Positions 11,579-24,514 of a DNA stretch of 64,000 nucleotides are shown here, piece by piece. The notes beneath the pieces were generated by a model, which did not search any database, was not told the origin of the DNA, and saw nothing but the letters and a program-made list of their open reading frames with translations. Made by a program: the position numbers and the translations under genes. Source of the DNA: Camelus ferus (lineage: Eukaryota); the NCBI RefSeq assembly GCF_009834535.1, contig NC_045698.1, positions 10,046,001-10,110,000 on the forward strand, in the 5' to 3' direction. How positions within the stretch are numbered: the first letter of the stretch is position 1; every line of letters starts with the position of its first letter.

Positions 11579-12730
11579 TCAACCAAGTATAATGAAATGA
11601 GAGAGGAGAAGGGACTGGGGTGTTTATAACCAACTGAGAGTGGACTTTCAGCTGGATAAGGAGGAAAGGGAGGGCCCAAAAGGAATGAGGTAAATGACTG
11701 GAGAAAAGTTCAGTCGGTTGTGGTCCCCATGGGCTTGAAAGATTGTTGGAGAAAAGCATTAGAGGGAGTTATAAAGTCAGTTCTAAAGGCTTTTAAATTA
11801 GCATGATGCAAGATAAATACTGAAATAGCTGTGTTTCCATTTTTCTCCAGAATTGCAATGGCAAGATTGAGGCTCCAAAGGCCTGGTGAACTGTGCCAGA
11901 CTTCCCTCCCAGAATCCAGGGGAGGCAGCAGGGGGTGGGGGGCAGAATGGGCCGCAGTGAGGGCATGCTGGCGGGCAGGGCTGGAGAGAGAATGGCCTGA
12001 GAGAGCCACCCACACATCACCCCGCACAATGGCCATCCAGCGACATTCCTGTAGCCCTGGAGGGGCCAGGCGGTAACTGAGAATTCCAACAGGGTGCTGG
12101 CCAGGGGTCATCTGGACTGGAACAAGGGGACACAGAAGGCCAGGGGTGACAACACAGAGCTGGGGAACAGAAGGAGGCCATGGCTGGGTGCCCAGGCAGT
12201 GGGAGAGGGCGCCACGCTCCCCGGGAGCAACCAGCGTGGGCAGAAAATACAATGAGGTCCTGCCCAAAAGCCAAGCAGGAAGACACACATCTCCTAGGCC
12301 AGCTCAGAGAACCAGCCGCCCGCTTCTGGGGTCCCAGTGCTCCAGGAGCTTCTCCCTGCCCCAGGGATGTCTCAGGGAGGGAGAGGGTGACAGGGGAGAT
12401 CATGGAGGTGGGAAAAAGCCTGACAGGAACTTTGAATTTTGTGGTAACTGAGAAATTGACTCAAAAGAGACTTTTGCTTTTAACCAGAAAATACAGAATT
12501 ACCTCGAGTGATGAGACGGGTCTTCTGAGGGAAAACGGAGCAAGATTGTTAATAAGGTGGTTCCCATTGAGAGGAAAAGGCAAGTTCCAGAAATCTAGTT
12601 GAATGGTGACTCTGGATTCTGATCCTAGCATGTGAACAAGGTGATGTTACATAAAACAGCTCTAAATGCTGAGAGCAGGCGAGAGAATCACAATCTCTGA
12701 ACAGGAAGAAGCTTTAGGTCGTCCATTCTG

Positions 12731-12901
12731 GAGATTTTCAACCAGGAGTGATCTTGTCCCCTGGGGACAGGGGCCCTCAGCTAGAGACATTTTCAGTTGT
12801 CACACTGGCCTCTAGTGCACAGAGGCCAGGGACACTACAATGCACAGGGCAGCCCCTCACAACAGAGAATTGTGTCCGAGTGTCAAGGTTGAGAAACTCT
12901 T
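12731..12901. mobile_element. MER20 (hAT-Charlie)
   Basis: gagacattttcagttgtcaca...agaggccaggga...ctacaatgcacagggcagcccctcacaacagagaatt...caaggttgagaaact. Confidence 0.85.
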
Positions 12902-13344
12902 GTCAAATCCAAAATTCTATCCAGGCGTGCACGCCCCCAGAAAAACTCCGTCCTGGCTCAGCCAGTCTCGGCTTGGGAACTTGCGCGGTCACTTGCCTGC
13001 TGACTCAGTGACTGAGACGGGATCTGTTCCCAGCTCGGCCTGGCCCTAGAGTGTGGGCTTTTTAAACCTCTCTGTCACATGCCAAGGCCAGTCAAAGCCG
13101 GGATATTCTACTTGTGGTGCTCTGTATGTCCAGATGGTGGGATGTGAGGAGTTCTGCTAGAGGGTCCTCTTCCCCCAAATCTCTCTGCCACCTGCAACCG
13201 TGCCCGCGACTCCATCACTAAGAGTCCACCCTTTGGACTGAGGCTCCTCCCTCCAGCAGCCTCCTGGAAAATGCAGGTCCACCATGCAGGCTTGAAGACA
13301 TTCCTCTACAATATAGTCTAAATGTGGTACTGCCTGTGGACCCT

Positions 13345-13460
13345 GGGTGAGGTTCTTGACCTCCCTGTGCCTCAATTTCCTCATCTGTAAAATGGGAATA
13401 ACAATTATACCCACCTCCTGGATTGTCATGCACATGGAATGAGTGATTGTATGTAAAGCC
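13345..13460 (+). mobile_element. MIR
   Basis: acctccctgtgcctcaatttcctcatctgtaaaatgggaataacaat core. Confidence 0.85.
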
Positions 13461-14130
13461 TGACGCGTGCTAGGGTCAATTTGTGTGGTTAACTGTGTGT
13501 TCAGGCGACCAGAGGGGAAATCTGTATGGGCTCTTTAAAAAGCCTGGCAGGAACCCAGGTGTTAAAAAAAAAAAAAGCAAAAAAACTGCAGCTTCTGCAG
13601 TTTCTTTTCAAGTAAGACAAACTGTTCAGAACTGAACAAGCATTAGTAAGAAGTGAGTAACTGACTATTCACTTGGTTGCCGAGGAAACCCTCCAGGTTG
13701 GAGGAAGGACTATGATGGAGGTTGATGCTGACTCCAGAAGTGGCCCATAGAATTCTGCCCTTCTCCCTCCGAAACAGGAGGAAACAGGTGCACAAGGGCA
13801 TTTCAGAGCTAAACCCTGTGGTTCCAAGGAAGCCTCGTGTCTCAGCAGAAAGCCTGCTTGTCTCTGATGCTCAGGCAGACTTACTCAGGACACACAAGAA
13901 TAAGCCAGGTGTTGCCAAGACAAGCTGCACACTTGTTCTCAGGTCAGCGGAGGTCGTCTGTGGGCTGTGTAAACCCCAAGCGTATGTGGGAGAAAGCTAA
14001 ATATTTCTCCAAGAAAAAGAAGAAAAGAGAGCAAAAGGCGAGCAGGAGTCAGAAAAGGTTGTGGGAGGACCTAGATATTACAATTTCTGGAAAAACTATT
14101 TCCCTATTTTATTCCAGATTCATCATGGAC

Positions 14131-14132
<2 letters not shown>

Positions 14133-14164
<32 letters not shown>
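14133..14164. repeat. (TG)16 microsatellite
   Basis: Perfect TG run, adjoining a short antisense L1 3'-end remnant at about 14165-14212. Confidence 0.95.
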
Positions 14165-14165
<1 letters not shown>

Positions 14166-14212
14166 TAAAATACATATGACATAAAATTTACCATTTTAAA
14201 GTATACAGTTTG

Positions 14213-15680
14213 CATTCATAAAATACAAAGGACTTGTAATTCAGCCAAAATAATCCTGAAAAAGAACAAAGTTGAAGGACTTACATTACCTAGATTTCAA
14301 GGCAACTATAATGCCTCAGTTATCAATAGTGTGGTACCATCAAGGATAGTCATAAGATGAATGGAAACAAAGAGAGGGCCCAGAAATAAACTGACGTATA
14401 TATGGTCAATTAATATCTACCAGAGATGCCAAGGTGATTCAAGGGGAAAGGATAGTCTTTCCCCATAGAAATGCTGCTTGACCAATTGGATATCCACAAA
14501 GAAGAAAGTAAATCTCCAATCTTACCTCACACCGTATACAAAAACGAACTCCAATGGATTGCAAACCTAAATGTAAAAGCCAAAACTGTGAAACACTTAG
14601 AAAAAAAAAATCTTTGTGATCTTGGGTAGATCAAAAGCTCCTGGGACACAAAAAAGCACAAATCATTAAAAAATATATATTGACAAAATGGACTTCATCA
14701 AACTTGAAAGTTTTTATTCTTTGAAACATACTGTTAATGCAATGAAAAGGCAAACTGAAGACAGGGAGAAACAATGAACTTGTCTTTAGAACATAAAATT
14801 TTTACAATTTAATCATAAGAAGTCAAACCAGCCAATTTTTTTTTAATGGGCAAAAGATTTCAGCTGCCTTCACAACTGAGGATATGCAAATGGCCAATAA
14901 GCACATGAAAAGATTCTCAACATCATTAGTCATCGGGAAAATGCAAATTAAAAGCACAATGAGTTAACACGATACACCCACTAGAATGGCTAAAATTAAA
15001 AGACTGGCAATGCCACGTTGGCAAGGAAGTGGAGCGATGGGAGGTGTAAAACTGTGCTTTGAAAAACAGTTTGGCAGTTTCTGAAAAAATTAAACATACA
15101 TTTAACATATGACCCAGAAATTCTGCTTCTAGATTTCTACCCAAGAAAAATGATAACATATGTACTCAAAAGATTTGTATATGAACGTTCATGGCAGCTT
15201 TCTTTAGAGAAATTGTGTTACATTAAAATCCTTCACAGCGATTTAAAGGAATGATGTAGTGAGACAGGCAACCACAGGAATGAAGCTTAAAAATGTTATC
15301 ATTAGTGTCTCAGTAATTTTTTCATGGCACCTAAGCCAAAATGCCTAATAGTTCTGTTTATCGAGAGTTTGGGTCCAAACAACTTCATAACAGTGGTTCC
15401 CGAGGTGTCGAGCAGAAGTCTCCATGTTTCTCTCGGAAACTGTAAATGTCCCTTGTGAGTTTGCTGTCTTGTCCCAGGATGTCTCAGCACAGTCTGGGAA
15501 CCATGAAGGACAATGGTTGCCTGAGACAACAGGAAAAGAGCATTAGGGAGCTTTGTGCAATGATGAAACCTCCCTAAATTTTGATCGTGGTGGTGGTAAT
15601 ACAGGTGTATGTATTTGTCTCCAATGAATGCATTTTGTTGTTTGTAAATTATACCTCACCAAAGTTGACTGAAAATTAAA
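14213..15680 (+). mobile_element. Old L1 (L1MC/MD-like) ORF2 3' half and 3' UTR, decayed
   Basis: aagaacaaagttgaaggacttacattacc, cccagaaataaa...tatatggtcaat, ggccaataagcacatgaaaagattctcaacatcattagtcatcgggaaaatgcaaattaaa, aaattatacctc. Confidence 0.85.
15300..15505 (-). mobile_element. hAT-Charlie fragment (Charlie4/MER80-like) inside L1
   Basis: Ends ...ctcagcacagtctgggaaccatg, whose reverse catggttcccagactgtg is a Charlie-type terminal repeat. Subfamily uncertain. Confidence 0.5.
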
Positions 15681-16154
15681 GTCCAAAAATATCTGTTTTA
15701 AGTAATGAAATCACATCTCATGTGCACATACACACCTGTGCATACACACACTCACTCCTCTTTCTGCCTCTTCATAGAATCACAGAACTACGTTTAGTTA
15801 TTTTGCTACTGGCCCCAATAACTAACTCTCAGTTTTCACCTCCCTCCTTCCCTGCCACAACTCCACTCCTGCCAATTAAATTTATTTTCACCATTTCTAT
15901 TTCCCAGCATTCATATACTAAGGAATACTGTGAATCCAGATGGAAGAGCACAGAGGAAGCTGTAAGAACTTAAAAGGCACTAGTAGGCATGAACCACCAT
16001 TATAAATTAAGAATGTGGTGTCAAGGTCACACTATCTTTCTCAGTAGAGGCTTGTGAAATAGCCAAGGACTGAAATTTTGTGAATTTGTTGAGACTTGAG
16101 GGTTTCTGAGATATCCTATCAGTATCCTTAAATAACTCTTTGAAAACACCATCT

Positions 16155-16400
16155 ACGTGGCTACCATTTATTGACCATCTGCTTTCCTGATAGACACTGA
16201 GATAAATGCTTTGGAGCTTTATTTCATTAAATCCCCCCAACTCTGTGGAATTGATATGATTAGCCTCACTGCACAGATCATGAAACTGAGGTTCAGGGAG
16301 GTTAAATAAATTGGTCTGTGTGGATCTGGGATTACTAAGTGGAGAAACTGGAATTTATACTGTGATCTGTCTGCCCTGGCAGTTTGAGGTCTATACTATG
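16155..16400 (-). mobile_element. MIR
   Basis: ccatttattgacc...cacagatcatgaaactgaggttcagggaggttaaataa. Confidence 0.75.
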
Positions 16401-16616
16401 CCTCTCTGACTAGCTACGTGCCTCTGATCCAATCACTGTGAGTGAACAGAACTGTGTAAGGGGAATCTGACGCTCACTCTGTGTGAACCTGGTGTGTAAG
16501 GCGTGTTGTCCCTCGATCTTCTCCTGATGCGTGGTGGGTGACAGCGAATTCTGCTTATGTACCAATTTCAAATGTTAAAAGATTTTTCCAGGAAGGAAAA
16601 TCCAGAACAATATATT

Positions 16617-17373
16617 TTTTTTAACATTTTTTATTGATTTATAATCATTTTACAATGTTGTGTCAAATTCCAGTGTAGAGCACAATTTTTCAGTTATACA
16701 TGAACATATATATATTCATTGTCACATTTTTTCTCTGTGAGCTCCCATAAGATCTTGTATATATTTCCCTGTGCTATACAGTATAATCTTGTTTATCTGT
16801 TCTACAATTTTGAAATCCCGTGTATCCCTTCCCACCCTCCACCTCCTTGGCAACCACAAGTTTGTATTCTATGTCTATGAGTCTGTTTCTGTTTTGTATT
16901 TATGCTTTGTTTGTTTGCTTGTTTTAGATTCCACATATGAGAGATCTCATATGGTATTTTTCTTTCTCTTTCTGGCTTACTTCACTTAGAATGACATTCT
17001 CCAGGAGCATCCATGTTGCTGCAAATGGTGTTATGTTGTCAGGTTTTTATGGCTGAGTAGTATTCCACTGTATAAATATAACACATCTTCTTTATCCAGT
17101 CATCCATTGACGGACATTTAGGCTGTTTCCATGTCTTGGCTACTGTAAATAGTGCTGCTATGAGCATTGGGGTGCAGGTGTCATCCTGAAGTAGGGTTCC
17201 TTCTGGATATATGCCCAGGAGCAGGATTCCTGGGTCATATGGTAAGTCTATTCCTAGTCTTTTGAGGAATCTCCATACTGTTTTCCACAGTGGCTGCACC
17301 AAACTGCATTCCCACCAGCAGTGTAGGAGGGTTCCCCTTTCTCCACAGCCTCTCCAGCATTTGTCATTTATGG
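16617..17373 (-). mobile_element. Young 5'-truncated L1 (ORF2 C-terminus and 3' UTR)
   Basis: ORF 17039-17410 encodes the L1 ORF2 cysteine-rich C-terminus ([19 protein letters not shown]...LPYDP...KTWKQPKCP...EYYSAIK). T-rich tail at the left end. 23-bp TSD at 16594-16616 and 17374-17396. Confidence 0.95.
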
Positions 17374-17609
17374 AGGAAAATCCAGAATGATATATTCTTC
17401 TGATGGACAAATGTTAGACATTCTACTGCATTCTCTTTTATCATTATGGGGTTTTTAGCTAAATAATAACTACATTAAGAATATTTAAATAACAATGACT
17501 CCTTGCATTTTTTCGATTGTAACTGTTTACAAGGTGTCCATCCCCTGGGGGTCTTTCCAACCACCATAAGGTATCATCATTGAGTGGACACCACCGCTGA
17601 CTCTACATC

Positions 17610-18036
17610 ATCTATTCCATCCCAGATGATTTCTCGGAGCTCATCAGAATAACCCCATTCCTCAGGCCAGTAAGTAACTCAGGAATGGCCACGTGACCAA
17701 ACCTAGCCAACAAAAAGTGAAGACGCATCTTAAAAGTGAAATAAGAAAAGCCACAGGAAGAAAGGCTCTCTTGTGCTCCCCTGGGTGTTGCCATGTCTGG
17801 ATGGGACACCTGGAACAGTGACAGCTTTCTTATTCCCATACCAGCCCGAGAATGACAATGACACGGGGTGGCAGACCTGAGAGCCAGAGAGAACCTGACC
17901 TCCAGGATGCTGACTCAACTCCCCCCGAGCCCTCGTGCCTCCAGTTCCCCTCCTGTGTGAGACTGGCACATGTCCTTACTGCTGAAGCCACCTTGACCAC
18001 TGTCTCAATCCCTTGCAGCAGAAAGGACCCTAATAC
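17610..18036 (+). mobile_element. Old MaLR LTR (MLT1J/K/L-like)
   Basis: ggccacgtgacc...agccaa, acctggaacagtgacagct, ...gaagccacc...cttgcagcagaaagg...ctaatac. Confidence 0.55.
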
Positions 18037-20789
18037 CTTCAACCCACTTGGGGCTCCACGAGGTTAAGAGATTTACTCTTTATCACACTGTTACTGTAAC
18101 CAGAATTGGAACCATAATCCCAGTCTCCTGTCAGCCAAATCATCTTTCACTCACCTGCCGCTAATAACTGGCTGAAATCATCTTACCCATTTTGGTTTGA
18201 TGAGTATCAGCTCAATACTCAAAATACCATTTTTGTTGCAATTTAAAGAGAAAAATCTAAGAAAGTAAGTGTCTGTTGGATACGATAATGCATAGTACGG
18301 ATGCTTGCTTTGGTATTATTTTGTAATAGAAATTAACTCAGAGCTGAAAACATTCGGTTTAACGTAACACATGAAATATCACCGTCTACTTCAGGTGACC
18401 GAAGGTCAAGATGATCAAGACAAACTGTAGTGTTGCTTGTCTTTGTAAAACAACATTTGTGAGTCAAAGATTCTTGCTCACTGTAATTCTTAAACCCTAC
18501 ATAAATAAGACATGAGAATCCTTTCTTTCTACAGTACCAATAGTCATCCAAACGTATGTTGGGTTGTGTTTTTTCCTTATTTTATTCAAGGTTTGTGTTT
18601 TACCCTTTAACAAATGTTTGTAACAAAATTTTATCCGGCTAAATTTCTTTTTCCATCTTTGGAACATTTCCCACAACCAATAGTTTAATTTTATCTTGGG
18701 ATCTAGAGCTGAAAGGGCTCAGACATCTGCTAATTAATTTATCTTCCTTCTTTGCAGCAGGTAGATCTTTGCCCTGGATAAACTGAATTCACGCTGCTTT
18801 TAAAGTCCCCAGAAGGCACCAGCATCACCAGTCTCAGAAATGCCTTCTCAGCACCAGGAAGCTCTTTTTAGGTCAGACATAAATCTCACACTGTGCAGTT
18901 TATGCTCATTTCCTCTTTTTTGTACTTCCTCAGTTGATCACAGCCTCCTTCATCCTGGATTAAAGCACAGGTACTTTGCCCGGGTGGCCTCTGATGGCTC
19001 CTCATGGCCTTCGTCCAGGTGTCTCCCATCTCTCGTGCTGCCCATTGGCCACCCAGGGCTGCCCGATGACTCCCACAGCCATCTTGGCATCCAGAGCCTC
19101 CTCTGATTGGAGTCTCTTTATAACTAGAAGGACCCAGGTTCTGGTCTTCCAGTTCAGTGCTAGTGTTTGCCTGTTGTTTGGCACAACTTTCAAGAGTGCC
19201 ACCTTCTTTCCTCCTCAGTAGTGTCTTGGTTTGCTTAATAAATGATACAGTCCCCTTATTTACAGGGTATGAAGAATCAGGATGATTTCCCTGGACCTCC
19301 CAGCTTGCGGGGCCCCATACCTGACCAGAAGCCAAGTCAAAGTACCAATAATGAGAAGAAAAAAAAGACAGATGTGAGAGTATAAAACATATCACCCACG
19401 AGAAGAAGAGGTGGATGAGGAAAATTAAAAGGACACACACAGAAAGAGAAAGGGGAGAGGGAGGGGACGGAGAAGAAGGGAGACAGAAGAAGAGACGCAC
19501 AGAGGGAGAGACCCAGCAGGTCCTGGGAGAAGTATCAGAAGTAAGCAGTTCCGGTCACAGCTTGTTACTGGTTGAGTTTCCCAGGCAAGCGTTACTGGAA
19601 ACCACTGAAATCTTAACCTATTTTTCATCGCTCATCAACTGCCTTGATATTTCAGAACATGCAGCAGTCTCCTCCTGAGGCGATACTTTGGTCTATGATG
19701 GCATGACTCACTGATTTGGATTAAACCAATGCAAGGAATTAAACATTAGACCCCGTTTTTCATATAAACGTAAAGGCTACCAGGCACTCAGTGTGGACCA
19801 GGGAGCAGAACCTGCACTGAGGGCTGTCAGCCTATTGCCTCAGCCTTTCATACCCCTACACCCATGAGGGAGATGTTAGATGATGAGGAAGTGGAGGCAC
19901 CATGTTACCCAGCAAATGGCAGGGCTGGGATTCATTCTTGGTGTTGTCTGACTCCAAATACTGGGCTCTCAGCTTTGCATCATGCTGTCTTACTGCGAGC
20001 CAGGGCTCTATGGTGGCAGCTACAACTTTTGGTGCACAGGAAATGGCTGAGTCTTTAGTTTTAGGTTAGTGATGAAAGCCAGACAATGACTTCTCTCTAC
20101 CTGGTCTGTGCAAATGGACCACTGTCTTCCCCTACAGCAAATTCTTCCGTCCCCTGGGTCATGGCATTATATCTTCCTTGAGGATATGAATATATTTGTC
20201 TTTCTACTTTTCTAGGAATCTGAGAAGAGCATAGAGTTTTGAGTGAGGGGTCTCCATAAAGGCATTTCCCACGCATTGGGGAAGAGCACCGTATTTCCAC
20301 CAAGAATTCGATATTGGCATCTGAGCCCAGTGGTAAAGAAAAAGGTAACCCAAGGGCAGCCCCACCCCCATCAAACACTTGAGTTTGGATTTACAGCAGA
20401 TATTCAAATACAGAAAACAGCAAATACTATCAGATGGTATTTAAAGAACATAACATTCCAAGGTTTATAGCACTGCTCCCACATGTCATAATTACAGTTT
20501 AAGGGCATATTTTGCTCCCAAACATACTGTTTCTTATAACCTCACTCACAGTATTTGTATAAAGTACACTGTGCATATGGACTTATTAATATTTCTTTTA
20601 TTTGCAAGGAGTCACCATTAGCAGGAGACAGGGCCATGAACACATACACAATAGCTACAACCAAGCCTGCTGAGTACATTGTGATCACTTGTGTCCTAAG
20701 GGTTCTTGTCATCATTTCTGGAAATGTCAACCTGACCCTTGGACTAGGCTCATCATTGCTTCCTGCTCTTGCTTTTGACCTGATGTCAG

Positions 20790-20918
20790 TAGGCTGCAGG
20801 TGAGCCCAGACTAGATCAGCCAACACCAAGCAAACCCATGGATGCATGCTTTTAGATGTTCCTGAGTTTTAGGGTCATTTGTTACATAGCACTGTGGTGA
20901 CAATAGGTGACTGATACA
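20790..20918 (+). mobile_element. MLT1 (H/I/J-like) LTR 3' fragment
   Basis: gagcccagactagatcagcc...tttgttacatagcactgtggtgacaataggtgactgataca terminus. Confidence 0.75.
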
Positions 20919-21134
20919 ACCAACAAGTCTCCAGAGAAAGTGATGGGCTTTAAAGCTAGTCTTTAATAGGATATGACTTCTCCTGATCAAAAGGGGAAGG
21001 AAGAACATTTTAGATGAAAAAAAAAAAGCATAAATCCCAGAGGCGCAAAGTATATCACTGGAAAACAGGGTACATGACAAAGAGAGGATGCTGGGAAAGG
21101 TAAATCGGGGTCTACTTATGAATGTGCTTACATA

Positions 21135-21960
21135 CTGTACTCATCAGGACAAGCCAGAAAGTGCTTCAGTAACAAACAACACCTTAAATCTTTGTGGCTT
21201 GTCACAGTGAAGGTTTATTTCTCATTCACAAAAGGGTTGACGCAGTCGAGGCAGCTGCCTCCATCCAGAAACTGCTCTGGGTAGCACACTATATTAGCTT
21301 GCTATATAACCGCCATAAAAAGGTTTCCAGAAAAGCCACAGGAATGCATTGACATTTGCATACAGAGATGTATTGTCTCACAGTTCTGGAGGCTAACAGA
21401 CTGAAACCCAGGGTCTGGCAGGGCCATACTCAGTCCTTAGCCTCTAGGGAAGGATCCTGCCCTGCCTCTTCCACCTTCTGGAAGCCTCAAGAGTTCCTTG
21501 GTTTGTGGCAGCACAGTCCCATTCTCTGCTTCACCTTCACACGGCCTTCTCCCCTCCGTGTCTGTGTCCAAATTTCCCTCTTCTTATAAGGACACCAGCC
21601 ATACTGGAGTAGGGCTTGCTCTAGGGACCTCACGTTAACTCAATTCCATCTCAAAGACTCTACTCCCAAATAAGGCCATTTTCACCGGTGCTAGGGGTTA
21701 GGCCTGCAACATAGCTTTCAGGAGACACAGTACAACCCCCGACACACGCAGAGCTGTAAAGTCACTGCAGCAGGATGAGAGAAGGCTGAGGGATACCGTG
21801 GGATGTGTTTGGGATCCAGGTCTGGACGTGGCTTCTGCCACTTTCGTCCATCTCCCACTGACCAAAATCTGGTCCCACAGTCCCAGCCTAACAGCAAAGG
21901 AGGCTGGGAAATGTGGAGGAGCACGTGGCTGTGAGGTGAGCATCAACAGTGTCTTCTGTG
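21135..21960 (-). mobile_element. Old MLT1 (J/K-like) LTR hosting a younger MLT1
   Basis: cagtaacaaacaac...gtggctt...aaggtttatttctc on the left side. ccactgaccaaaatctggtcccacag...gcaaaggaggctgggaaatgtg on the right side. Confidence 0.6.
21290..21743 (-). mobile_element. MaLR solo LTR (MLT1A/B/C-like)
   Basis: tattgtctcacagttctggaggc...gtctgtgtccaaatttccctcttcttataaggacaccagccatactgga...aaagactctactcccaaataagg. Confidence 0.85.
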
Positions 21961-23399
21961 ACCTCCCCACTCAGGAGCCCAGCCTTCACTCTTCAGGCAA
22001 CAGGAAGCCACAAAGCATAGGGAGGGAGAGAAAGGGAGCAGATAGAATGAGCGGATGGAGTAAAGGAAAGCAATTCGGGAGACCAGAGGGTTGATCAGGG
22101 CTCTGTAGGAATCACCCAGAGTGTAGATGGTGAAGACCTGCCACTGGGCTGTACTGCTGGGAAGGGAGAGGAGGAAGTGGGTTTGAGGAAATTGTCGGAG
22201 GCAGAACCGTACACCCAGGCAGAAGAAAAGGAAAAGGAACCATTGTTCTGACTTACAGTCACTTCACAGCAGGATATTAGAGGGTTTGAGCCAAAGGAAT
22301 ACTTTGTGCTTTGGGAAAACTCTTCTGAATAGTCTGCAACATTTCAAAAAGCAAAATTTCCAAAACCAGATTATTTTGCTAAAATTGCCTACGAGCCTAT
22401 GTTGTGGATACCACTGGGAGCGCATGAGGCCTTTTCCTACCATGAAGGCTGGAAAGGAGATGAAGGAGCAAACTCAACCCAGAAACATCTCTTTGGGGAC
22501 TTTCCCCCTTTAGCAAAGGGATCAGAGAGAAAGGAATGAATTTCAGAAAAATAACCTGGTGGCTCTGTGTTTTCACTCTGAGACCAGCTCTGCAACATGG
22601 TGCCAGGAGTTCAGCATTGCTCCTGGAAGGAAGAAAACAGCTCCCAGGCTGCAGAGTCCAGGGCAGAGCCTAGCTGGAGGTGGTGACTTCCCGTGGACAC
22701 GGGTGTGAGGTCCACGCTCCTGGTGAGAACATCCTCCAGATCGCCGACGCCCTAAGACCCACAGCTCCCCGGGAGGCCGGTGCCCCAGCTCTCCTGCACC
22801 GTGTGTACCTTCCCTCCTGGGCAATGGGGACACTTACTTACTCCCCAGTTACTACGCACACTCAGAAAGAAGCAGCCTGCTACTTATCACTGGAAGGACT
22901 TTTGAAACACAATGCAGAAAGGGATCAATCCTTCCCAGAGGGGCCATCTGGGCCCCTGAAAGCAAGCAAGGCAGAGGAGGAGCCCTTCCAGGCATGGAGC
23001 TTTGCGGGCAGAGGCACACACACTCTGCCGCCCAGTCACGTTGTCATCAGAACCTTAGCGACCACTTTGGTGTGACACTGGCCATATTACAATTCCATCT
23101 ATGTTCCCGCTGCTGCCTGGAGGAATTGCAGAGGCCTGACCTCTCTGCTCAGTGAGACAAATGCTCTCTGCCCCACTCACCCCATTAAATAGTGTCTTCT
23201 CAACTCATAAGGAGCCCCCTACCCCCATCCCCCAGAGTCAGAGCAGCCAGGCAAGTTGGGGAGTGTGAACAGCAGACTCAACACACTGAGAATGACGGAC
23301 TCAGCTAGAACACCTTTCTCTTCTTCTCCGTTCCTTTTTCCTCCCCGTGTAAGCCGCTCTTTTGCCCCTTTCCTCTTTGCCCATTTCTGTTCCTCTCAA

Positions 23400-23866
23400 A
23401 CCTTATAGAAAGGAGATCACCAAACAACTGAACCTCACTCCTGACTTATGCTCACACCATGGCACCGTGGCTTGCCTAACCTGTTGATTCTTTTCCTAGA
23501 TTAAAAGAAGTAAGAATGAAGAATTAAGTAGTTACAGAATGACTAGCCCTCTCCCCCCAGTAGCCAATCCTGGTGGCAGATCACGCCGGTAAGATAACAC
23601 CTGAAGAAAGATAATGAGGAGTCAGCCAGTCTGCACGGGAAGGAGAACGATGCAGAACCCAGCCTCCCGCCGCCATGGTTCACTGAGATTCTTCCCTTTA
23701 AAAACTGTCATGACCAAGCACGACTCTTCAGAGTTGGTCTTGGGACACAAGTTCACCTTCTCCACAGGTTGCCAGATTTCTGATAAAGCAACTTTCCTTT
23801 CTACCAACACTTGCCTCTAGAGTATTGGCTTTCAAGCACCAAGCAGCCAAAATTGAGTTTGGTAAT
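23400..23866 (+). mobile_element. ERV1 solo LTR (MER4-group-like)
   Basis: TATA-like tttaaaa and an R/U5 region gagttggtcttgggacac...ggttgccaga...gataaagcaactttcctttc...gtattggctttcaagc...agcagcc...gagtttggtaa. The 5' boundary is uncertain. Confidence 0.7.
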
Positions 23867-24514
23867 TCCTGCTCCTGCCTTCTGCCTTTTAAGTCTTCCT
23901 TCTCACCCACCATGGGCTCAACTGGACCTCACCATCCAGAGCAAAGAGAAAGGTCAGGAGAAATTTAGGAGAATACAGTATCTGAGGTCAAAGCGAGTCA
24001 GACCAGGGAAGGATGACATCATTCACCTGGAGAGCAGACTCAGCTGCCCCCTCTTAGACCCCAGACTTTACAAGAATAAAGACTTTATCCAGTCTTTCCC
24101 GTGCCGTCCATTTTCCTACACCTCAGTGTGCCTTATGGATATCTGTTAAGAAGCTTGTGACAAACTAATGCTTTCCAAATGCCTCAGTGACTTGCAGGCA
24201 GTTCGTTGACGACAAGAAAACCTCACTTATCAGGAGCTCGACCCCCGTGTGCATCTGCTGGAATGTGCGGCTGAGTAGGTGTCTCTTACTACAGACACCG
24301 ACAGAACAGATTGCAAATGCCCCATTAGCATCCGCTTGCCTCCCATAGCTGCAGAGGTTGTTAACATTTTAATCACACACACAAACACACATTCAAGGTT
24401 GATGATTTTTAAGATCTGCTTTAACTTGGAACTTAACCTGTTTAAAACTCTTCAGTGGCTCCCCACCGAATTGGTGAGAATATCTAAAACCCTGCAACGG
24501 GCAAGGCTCTGCGT

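Larger units (their letters stand above)
8740..11760 (-). mobile_element. L2 element (RT region), fragmented by younger insertions
   Basis: The minus-strand ORF 8903-9214 (CLLSISIRMPNSHLKL...SRFQPLL...ATSLARGTNISSLDYC) resembles the L2 reverse transcriptase C-terminal region. The purine-rich antisense L2 pattern continues between the insertions. Confidence 0.75.

Noticed and set aside
11710..12602. Cluster of overlapping 100-190 aa ORFs
   Set aside because: Expected in GC-rich DNA with few stop codons. They are open on both strands and show no protein-like features.
14165..14212. L1 5' inversion (twin priming) at the start of the 14213 L1
   Set aside because: The antisense piece looks like a 3' terminus with its own tail-derived microsatellite, so a separate small insertion is more likely.
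18886..19500. Longest ORF (204 aa, minus strand)
   Set aside because: The N-terminus comes from a low-complexity GA-rich tract. There is no domain resemblance and no supporting splice structure.
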